The notes beneath the pieces are model-generated. The model ran no database searches and was not told where the DNA came from. It saw nothing but the letters and a program-made list of their open reading frames with translations. Positions 57,926 to 64,000 of a stretch of 64,000 bases of DNA are shown one piece after another. Position numbers and translations under genes: made by a program. How positions within the stretch are numbered: the stretch's first letter is position 1; each line of letters opens with the position of its first letter. The DNA is from Nitrosopumilus sp. (lineage in GTDB: Archaea; Thermoproteota; Nitrososphaeria; Nitrososphaerales; Nitrosopumilaceae): contig OZ250186.1 in assembly GCA_965238275.1 (NCBI GenBank), positions 800,001 to 864,000 on the forward strand, read 5' to 3'.

Positions 57926-59248
57926 ATGGAAATTCTGCACATCGGGTTTGACGATACCGACTCCCCCGAGGGAATGTGCACCACGTTTCTTGCCTACAAG
58001 ACGGCAGGCATGCTGCTCAAACAAGGGGACGTGTTTTTGGACTTTCCAAGGCTCGTTCGCTTCAATCCCAACATACCGTGGAAGACCCGGGGAAACGGGG
58101 CAGTCTCGATGAAGATCTCCACTGACAATCCCGACCGTGCCAAGGAACTGGTGCGGGATGTCGTGACCCAATACTCTGACACTGCCAACGGGGCCAACCC
58201 CGGGCTGGTGTTTGTCGAGGGAGACGAGATCCCGCCGGAATTTGCAGACCTTGGCCGCCTGGCGCTGTGGCAGCTTGTCAGCCGGGGCAGCGCAAGACGA
58301 CTGGTTCAAAGGAACAAACTTGACTACCTTTCCCTAGGGAACGGCCAGGGGTTGGTTGGCGCGATAGGCGCGATAGGGTACGAGTTTGGAGACTGCACGC
58401 TAGAACTTTTGGCATACCGCGCAAGAGGAATGCTGGGACAAAAGAGAAGAATATCTGCCAGCAGCGTCAAGGCCATGCAGGAAGAGACGTTTCCAGACAC
58501 CTTTGGCAGCGTTGACGACGCAAGCGGGCGCGTGCTGATAGCGCCGCACGGATCCGATCCCGTATTCTACGGGATTCGTGGGGAACGAGCCGACCGGCTG
58601 GTGCTGGCAGCAGGAATGCTTGAAAGTGACGAGCGGCCAGTCGGCCACATGATATTCAAGTCAAACCAGGGCACGGGCGACCATCTCCGGCATGACCTGG
58701 ATGAAAGCACCATGACACCCTACACTTCCGGAAGAATCACCGGAACCGTGTCTGTCCGGCCGCGGATCATGCGCGGCGGGCACGTCGTGTTTGGCGTAAA
58801 ATCAAACGGAGTTGAATTCGGATGCGCAGTATACCGTCCCACGGGATTCTCCACTGCGGCCTCGCACCTGATGCCCGGCGACAGGGTGTGCGCGGGCGGC
58901 GGCATAAGGCGCGCATCACCAAACCATCCCAGGACGATCAGCTTGGAGTTCCTTGATGTGCAGGGCCTTCAGACCGACGTTGTCCCCTCAAACCCCCGGT
59001 GCCCGAAGTGCTCCAAGAGGATGAAATCCAAGGGACGCGGGCAGGGGTTCAAGTGCGTCCGTTGCGGCACGACATCGGAGCGGAAGGAGGATGCCGTCAT
59101 GCCCCGATTGGTTCGATGCCAGACGTACACGCCTGTAGCATCTGCCCGGAGGCACCTTACCCGCCCTCCGGAGCGGATTGGAAGATGCAATACTGCTCCA
59201 TTTGACGGATCGGTTTCGTGGTTTTATAGTAATAATAGCGGGGAGTAG
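57926..59248 (+). CDS. tiaS: tRNA(Ile2) agmatinylcytidine synthetase
   Basis: GFDDTDS..GMCTT, NPNIPWKTRGNG, PVFYGIRG, NQGT.DH, C-terminal Zn ribbon, HLTRP. Confidence 0.95.
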   Translation: MEILHIGFDDTDSPEGMCTTFLAYKTAGMLLKQGDVFLDFPRLVRFNPNIPWKTRGNGAVSMKISTDNPDRAKELVRDVVTQYSDTANGANPGLVFVEGDEIPPEFADLGRLALWQLVSRGSARRLVQRNKLDYLSLGNGQGLVGAIGAIGYEFGDCTLELLAYRARGMLGQKRRISASSVKAMQEETFPDTFGSVDDASGRVLIAPHGSDPVFYGIRGERADRLVLAAGMLESDERPVGHMIFKSNQGTGDHLRHDLDESTMTPYTSGRITGTVSVRPRIMRGGHVVFGVKSNGVEFGCAVYRPTGFSTAASHLMPGDRVCAGGGIRRASPNHPRTISLEFLDVQGLQTDVVPSNPRCPKCSKRMKSKGRGQGFKCVRCGTTSERKEDAVMPRLVRCQTYTPVASARRHLTRPPERIGRCNTAPFDGSVSWFYSNNSGE

Positions 59249-59325
59249 ATTTGAACTACTGATTTGCGGGTTATGAGCCCGCCGGGATGACTTAGCCCTG
59301 ATGAGTCTGACTTCCCCACCCCGCT
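59236..59325 (-). tRNA. Initiator tRNA-Met(CAT) with a 15-nt D-loop intron
   Basis: Acceptor stem AGCGGGG/CCCCGCT (A1-U72); anticodon arm GCGGG-CTCATAA-CCCGC; T-loop TTCAAAT. Intron 59292-59306 lies in a BHB motif. Confidence 0.93.
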
Positions 59326-59516
59326 GAAGATAAGTGAAGATCAGCGGTATATACGCTTTATCAAGTAACATTCTCGCCAGACCGTTTCCCAAAATAGCTG
59401 CCACACCACATTCCCTGACATGTCGGATTCACTGGTGTTTCATTTACCTGTAATGTTCCAGTTGCAGGCTGTGCGCTGTTGCGGGAATGATTTAATGTTT
59501 GCAACACATAGTTTCA

Positions 59517-59537
59517 TATCCTGTAAGTTACAGGATA
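59517..59537. promoter_or_regulatory. Perfect palindromic operator candidate
   Basis: TATCCTGTAA-G-TTACAGGATA, immediately upstream of a TATA-like GATAAATA and 35 bp before the next ATG. Confidence 0.6.
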
Positions 59538-59571
59538 ATGATAAATACGGGTAGCTAAAACATATTATAAA

Positions 59572-60924
59572 ATGAAGCAGTATCTCTTCCTTCTAGGAGT
59601 ATTATCCATTATCACACTAGTGTCGGCGTTGCCTGCGTATGCCTTGTCAGATGCCATGGAGGACGTCCAGTATCCGTCCCCATTGGAGCAGTATAATGCC
59701 GGGGTTGCGTTGCACGAGATACAGTGCAATGAGCCAAGAGATCTATACGTAACTGGTTCTGACACGCCTGTCTGCCTGTACTCAGACACGTACGAAATGT
59801 TGCTGGATCGCGGCGTAAGCCTTTCCCTGCCGCCCACGTTAGAGTCTGTAGTCAGGGGAGTGGTGGATGACACGATCGCCATGTACAACTCAGATCCGGA
59901 TGGCGCGTTTGCAACCATCAGCGCGATGATGTCATCTGACACGTCGTATCCGTTTGTAATAGACTCTGATGGCATCGTTGTGGCACACGGAGCAAATCCT
60001 GACCATGTAGGTGCCGACAGCGCATTGATTGCATCCACCGACAAACCAGTTGACGTGATTATATCAGAACTTCAGGAGGGCGAGGTGTGGGTAGAGTATG
60101 TATTCAACAATCCCGCGACCGGAACAGACCAGAACAAGCGCTCCCTGATTATGCTGCATGACGGGTACATCTTTGGCTCCGGATACTATGTTGCATCTGA
60201 CGACGCGATGACTGATGCAATGTCTTCACTGGAACTGACTGCAGAAGAGACTGCATGGCTGGAAGAAAATGACACCATACGCGTAGCCTTTGATCCTGAC
60301 TGGTTCCCGATAGAGTATGCTGACGAAGAAGGAAATCTTGCAGGAGTCACGCTCCAGTATACAGCAGAGTTTTCCAAACTGACCGGGGCTGACTTTGCAG
60401 GAGTTCCTGCAGCAGCCAGTTGGAGTGATGCCCTTGCGATGATGCAGGATGGCAGTGCCGATGTCATGTACATGGTAGTCAACACTCCTGACAGGCTCGA
60501 ATACATGGGCTTTACAACCCCACACTACACCGTGGAGACAAGAATAGCCTCATCTGAGGACAGGCAGTTCACCATGGAGGATGAGGATCTAAAACTGATC
60601 ACCATAACCGGCTATGCTACAGAATCATGGCTTGATGAGAATCATCCTGACGTGGAATACATCTCCGTAAGCGGCTTTACCGAGGGCATTGAACTGATGA
60701 AGACAGGAGAGGCAAACGCGTTTGCAGCCACGTGGCAAGTCATAGTAGATCATGCAGAGACTGCAGGAATCGATGTGTACGATGCCGGCCCAACCGGATA
60801 CTCGTATGACCTGCATGTCGGATACAGTAACCAGAACCCGACACTCGGCTCCATACTGCAAAAGGTAGTCGATGCCATACCTGCATCCCAGATAGAGCAG
60901 TGGTGGAGTGATACTGTACAATAA
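59572..60924 (+). CDS. Secreted Cache-domain plus substrate-binding (family 3, BvgS/EvgS-like) protein
   Basis: Signal peptide; SPLEQ..C..C module; Cache (YPFVID..G.VVAHG, WVEY.F.NP.TG...KRS, IFGSG); LTAEE.AWL..IRVAFDPDWFPIE VFT domain. Confidence 0.8.
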   Translation: MKQYLFLLGVLSIITLVSALPAYALSDAMEDVQYPSPLEQYNAGVALHEIQCNEPRDLYVTGSDTPVCLYSDTYEMLLDRGVSLSLPPTLESVVRGVVDDTIAMYNSDPDGAFATISAMMSSDTSYPFVIDSDGIVVAHGANPDHVGADSALIASTDKPVDVIISELQEGEVWVEYVFNNPATGTDQNKRSLIMLHDGYIFGSGYYVASDDAMTDAMSSLELTAEETAWLEENDTIRVAFDPDWFPIEYADEEGNLAGVTLQYTAEFSKLTGADFAGVPAAASWSDALAMMQDGSADVMYMVVNTPDRLEYMGFTTPHYTVETRIASSEDRQFTMEDEDLKLITITGYATESWLDENHPDVEYISVSGFTEGIELMKTGEANAFAATWQVIVDHAETAGIDVYDAGPTGYSYDLHVGYSNQNPTLGSILQKVVDAIPASQIEQWWSDTVQ

Positions 60925-61085
60925 TCCGTAGAATTACAACGATTCAAGAATGCAAATTCCGATCTGAATGACCAACCGTAATGACTCTGTGCATGCAGGA
61001 GCAGAGTACCGTATGTCAAAAAACCACTAACCGGTCCGCCTCATTTCTGCAAACAATTAATATTATTTCAGGCTCCTGACAGCGT

Positions 61086-62177
61086 GTGGACAAGAGGATT
61101 CAGATTGCAGCAGTAGCAGGCGCAGTCATGTTCTCCGTACTGGTACTCACATCCCCGTCTGATCCCATTCCAATACCTGCCCCAAGCTCGGGTCCTGAAT
61201 CCGATTCAGTCTCCATTATTGCCCAAAACCTTGACCAGCCGCGCGCAATGGCAGTCCACGACGACAGGGTCTTTGTGACCGAGAAGGAGGGCCGCATCAG
61301 GGTGGTACAGAACGGCACGCTCCTGGATGCCCCGTTGGCAGTACTGCGTCCGGCGGAGGCCTTTGATGCCGGGCTGCTTGGCATTGCACTGCATCCGAAC
61401 TTTGCCGAGAACCATTTCATTTATGTATTTTTGACGTATGCAGAGGACGGGGAGCTCCGGAACAGAATCATGAGGATAACAGAGTCACAAAACAGGCTGC
61501 AGAATGCAACGATCATCCTTGAGGAAATTCCCGGCTCGCCTTTTACCAACGGCGGCTTTTTAAAATTTGGACCAGACGGCAAGCTGTATGTGGGAACCGG
61601 AACCCCGTTTGATGCATCCCACCTTCCGCAGGATCCCGACTCCCTGGCAGGAAAGATCCTCCGAATTAATGATGACGGCAGCATTCCTGAGGACAACCCG
61701 TTTGCGGATTCTCCGGTGTACTCGCTTGGCCACAGAAACCCCCAGGGGATGGCATGGGATGACGAGGGCAGGATGTTTGCAGCAGAGTTGGGGCCGGAAA
61801 AAAACGACGAGATAAACCTGATACTGGCAGGTGCCAACTACGGGTGGCCCGAGCACGAGTGCGCAGGGGATTCGCAGTTCCGGGGCGCCGCCCTCTGCTA
61901 TGATCCCAGCATAGAGCCGGGGGGAATCATGTTTTATTCGGGCAGCCTGATTGATTTGGAGCACCAATTTGTAATGGCCTCGCTGCGGGCCTCCAACCTG
62001 TACCAGCTGGATCTGGACGAGGGTCTGAGCTCGCAAAAGTCGATTCTCAGCGGGATTGGGCGTGTCCGTGATGTCGTCCAGGGAGATGATGGCAGTATCT
62101 ACGTAATTACATCCAACACGGACGGAAAGGGCTTTGCAGACGGCACCGATGACAAGCTGCTCAGGGTGGTACGGTAG
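61086..62177 (+). CDS. PQQ-dependent sugar dehydrogenase (soluble GDH type)
   Basis: GLLGIALHP.F, FGPDGKLYV, GKILRIN.DG.IP.DNPF, GHRNPQG, DEIN..NYGWP, GRVRDV. Confidence 0.9.
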   Translation: MDKRIQIAAVAGAVMFSVLVLTSPSDPIPIPAPSSGPESDSVSIIAQNLDQPRAMAVHDDRVFVTEKEGRIRVVQNGTLLDAPLAVLRPAEAFDAGLLGIALHPNFAENHFIYVFLTYAEDGELRNRIMRITESQNRLQNATIILEEIPGSPFTNGGFLKFGPDGKLYVGTGTPFDASHLPQDPDSLAGKILRINDDGSIPEDNPFADSPVYSLGHRNPQGMAWDDEGRMFAAELGPEKNDEINLILAGANYGWPEHECAGDSQFRGAALCYDPSIEPGGIMFYSGSLIDLEHQFVMASLRASNLYQLDLDEGLSSQKSILSGIGRVRDVVQGDDGSIYVITSNTDGKGFADGTDDKLLRVVR

Positions 62178-62180
62178 GAG

Positions 62181-63443
62181 ATGGCAGACTCGTCCATACC
62201 GGGATTCTTTAAAAAGTCGCGCCAGGAGAGGCTGGCAGCGGTTGCAGACTTTGCAGGCCTGTCCAGGGATGAACTGGACATACTGTGGAGTGGTGACGGC
62301 GGCGTGCCCTTTGAGAGGGCCGAGACGATGGTGGAAAATGCAATCGGAACGTTCGGTCTGCCGCTGGGGGTTGCGACAAACTTTTGTATCAACTCCCGGG
62401 ATTATCTGGTTCCGATGGCAATAGAGGAGCCCTCGGTAATTGCTGCTGCATCCAAGGGTGCCAAGACTGCAAGGGTGATGGGGGGCTTTGAGGCATCGGC
62501 TGACCCGTCCTACAGTATAGGCCAGATACAGGTGCTGGACTGCGACATGCCCCGGGCGGTTCAGGCGATACAGGATTCTGCAGATAGGATAATATCCATT
62601 GCAAACTCGCAGAGCAGGACGCTTTCTGGCATGGGCAGGGGTGCCCGGGATGTTGACTGCCGCATTGTTGATGCCCCCTCGGGACGGATGCTCATAGTGG
62701 AGATTGGAATAGACGCAGGCGATGCGATGGGGGCCAACATTACAAATACGATGTGCGAGGCAGTCTCCCCACTGATAGAGGAGGTTACAGGCGGCCGCGC
62801 ACTCCTCCGGATACTCTCTAACTACTCCACCAGGAGGCTGGCACGGGCAAGGGCAGTCTTTGCCAGGGATGCAGTGGGCGGGGAAAGAACAGTCGATGAC
62901 ATGGTGCTGGCATTTGAGTTTGCCGACTGCGACGTGTACAGGGCCGTGACGCACAACAAGGGCGTGATGAACGGCATCATATCGGTTGCAAACGCGGTGG
63001 GGCAGGACTCCAGGGCAATAGAGGCAGCAGCTCATGCGTATGCGGCCAGGTCAGGCAGGTACCGCTCCCTTACAAGGTGGGCCAAGGACGGCGAGGGCAA
63101 CCTGGTAGGAGAGATAGAGATTCCGCTTCCGGTGGGGATAATCGGCGGCGTTGTCAAGGTCCATCCCGTGGCACGTGTCTGCTCCAAGATCCTTGGCGTC
63201 TCGTCTGCGCAGGATCTTGTATGCGTCATGGTCTCTGCCGGCCTTGCGCAGAACTACAGTGCAATGCGGGCGCTTGCAACCGACGGAATCCAAAAGGGAC
63301 ACATGGGACTGCATGCAAGAAACGTAGCAGCCGCTGCCGGGGCGGCACCGGACCAGATAGAAAGGATTGCCAGAATGATGGCAGACGAGGGCAACATCAC
63401 AGTTGGCAGGGCAAAGGAACTGTTGAGCAGCCTGAAGAAATGA
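62181..63443 (+). CDS. mvaA: HMG-CoA reductase, class II
   Basis: ENAIG, EEPSVIAA, DAMGAN, RILSN, THNKG, GLAQN, GIQKGHMGLH. Confidence 0.93.
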   Translation: MADSSIPGFFKKSRQERLAAVADFAGLSRDELDILWSGDGGVPFERAETMVENAIGTFGLPLGVATNFCINSRDYLVPMAIEEPSVIAAASKGAKTARVMGGFEASADPSYSIGQIQVLDCDMPRAVQAIQDSADRIISIANSQSRTLSGMGRGARDVDCRIVDAPSGRMLIVEIGIDAGDAMGANITNTMCEAVSPLIEEVTGGRALLRILSNYSTRRLARARAVFARDAVGGERTVDDMVLAFEFADCDVYRAVTHNKGVMNGIISVANAVGQDSRAIEAAAHAYAARSGRYRSLTRWAKDGEGNLVGEIEIPLPVGIIGGVVKVHPVARVCSKILGVSSAQDLVCVMVSAGLAQNYSAMRALATDGIQKGHMGLHARNVAAAAGAAPDQIERIARMMADEGNITVGRAKELLSSLKK

Positions 63444-63511
63444 GCCCGTACGGCTAATGGCATATCAGAGACTTGGGTTAGTATTCGGTTCGTCCATCTC
63501 AAATCTGATTT

Positions 63512-63940
63512 TTAATTAGATTTCTGCATGGTGGTTTGCTTTTTTTCCAACTGTAGTGCATGAAATATTTCTTTGATTCTTGCCAGGCTTGCAGACTCGT
63601 AATCTGTCTGTTCATAACGCTGTATCTGTTGTTCATGCAATCCTGTTCTTGCTGCCAGATCCTTCTGTGTCAGGCCTAGCACAATTCTGCTTCTGATTAA
63701 AGTGTTGGAAAGATCCTCGATGCTTGCAAACTCCAATACCGGCGCTTTCCGAGATTTGAGTTCCTCGTATTCTCGTAGTTCCCGTTGCAAATCGGCCAGT
63801 TGCCCCTTTAATGCATCATGTTCAAGTTCCAGCAGTGGGTCGTATTTGTCGTCAATCCTGTTCCTCAAATGTGTCATGGACAGGAGGAATTCCCTTGCCT
63901 TTGATTTTGTTATTTTGTATTGCTTTTCATTCTTTATCAT
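63512..63940 (-). CDS. XRE-family HTH protein (antitoxin-like)
   Basis: MIKNEKQY..T helical N-terminus; LIRSRIVLGLTQKDLA..G...QQIQRYE. Confidence 0.85.
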   Translation of the reverse strand: MIKNEKQYKITKSKAREFLLSMTHLRNRIDDKYDPLLELEHDALKGQLADLQRELREYEELKSRKAPVLEFASIEDLSNTLIRSRIVLGLTQKDLAARTGLHEQQIQRYEQTDYESASLARIKEIFHALQLEKKQTTMQKSN

Positions 63941-64000
63941 CTAAATCACCCAGATTAATCTGCACAGTTCCTTTTGGATTGTCATCCCTGTCGCTTTGGA
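63927..64000 (-). CDS. 3' end of an upstream partner gene, possibly a DUF6932-type nucleotidyltransferase
   Basis: QSDRDDNPKGTVQINLGDLDDKE* overlaps the HTH gene start. Only the C-terminal R...KG.V.I.L pattern is visible. Confidence 0.45.
   Translation of the reverse strand, partial: QSDRDDNPKGTVQINLGDLDDKE

Noticed and set aside
59236-59325. tRNA-Ile2(CAT), suggested by adjacency to tiaS
   Set aside because: The A1-U72 pair and three consecutive G-C pairs in the anticodon stem identify the initiator tRNA-Met.
61560-63035. 491-aa minus-strand ORF and similar long shadow ORFs (e.g. 18748-19689, 36690-37583, 41140-42123, 5948-6796)
   Set aside because: They are antisense to well-supported genes, lack motifs and are expected in GC-rich DNA.

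Overview
Chromosomal window from an ammonia-oxidising archaeon (Nitrososphaerota/Thaumarchaeota, Nitrosopumilaceae-like). The assignment rests on its archaeal gene set (aTrm56, NAC, L44e/S27e, Csl4, Dph2, TiaS, thermosome, CobY, MptE) and lineage-typical hypothetical proteins. The GC-rich coding sequence and high IS load suggest a host-associated lineage, but that is inference. The backbone is housekeeping: late cobalamin genes, guaA/guaB, folate genes, asd, pheA, cyoE, HMG-CoA reductase and an intron-containing initiator tRNA. Five mobile elements have ends readable from the sequence: IS66 (20-bp TIRs, 8-bp TSD), IS630 (TA duplication), IS6 (long TIRs, 9-bp TSD), IS110, and a TnpB element. 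Highlight 1 is a nested pair of RNA-guided elements at 27297-30106. A canonical-motif TnpB gene is bounded by 27-bp terminal inverted repeats with TA ends (IS630/Tc1-like rather than IS200/IS605-like). An IS110 sits inside its left TIR, and its bridge-RNA-like leader carries guide arms matching that TIR; an unoccupied copy of the target remains in the right TIR. Highlight 2 is a candidate nickel-dependent guanidino-compound utilisation module at 39448-45157: an SSS transporter, a His-tailed chaperonin lacking both catalytic aspartates, a Ni permease, an orphan urease-gamma-like protein and a ureohydrolase. Highlight 3 is an AT-rich wHTH/nucleotidyltransferase/TFIIB-cyclin fusion gene. All family calls come from motif recognition by eye; no database searches were run.
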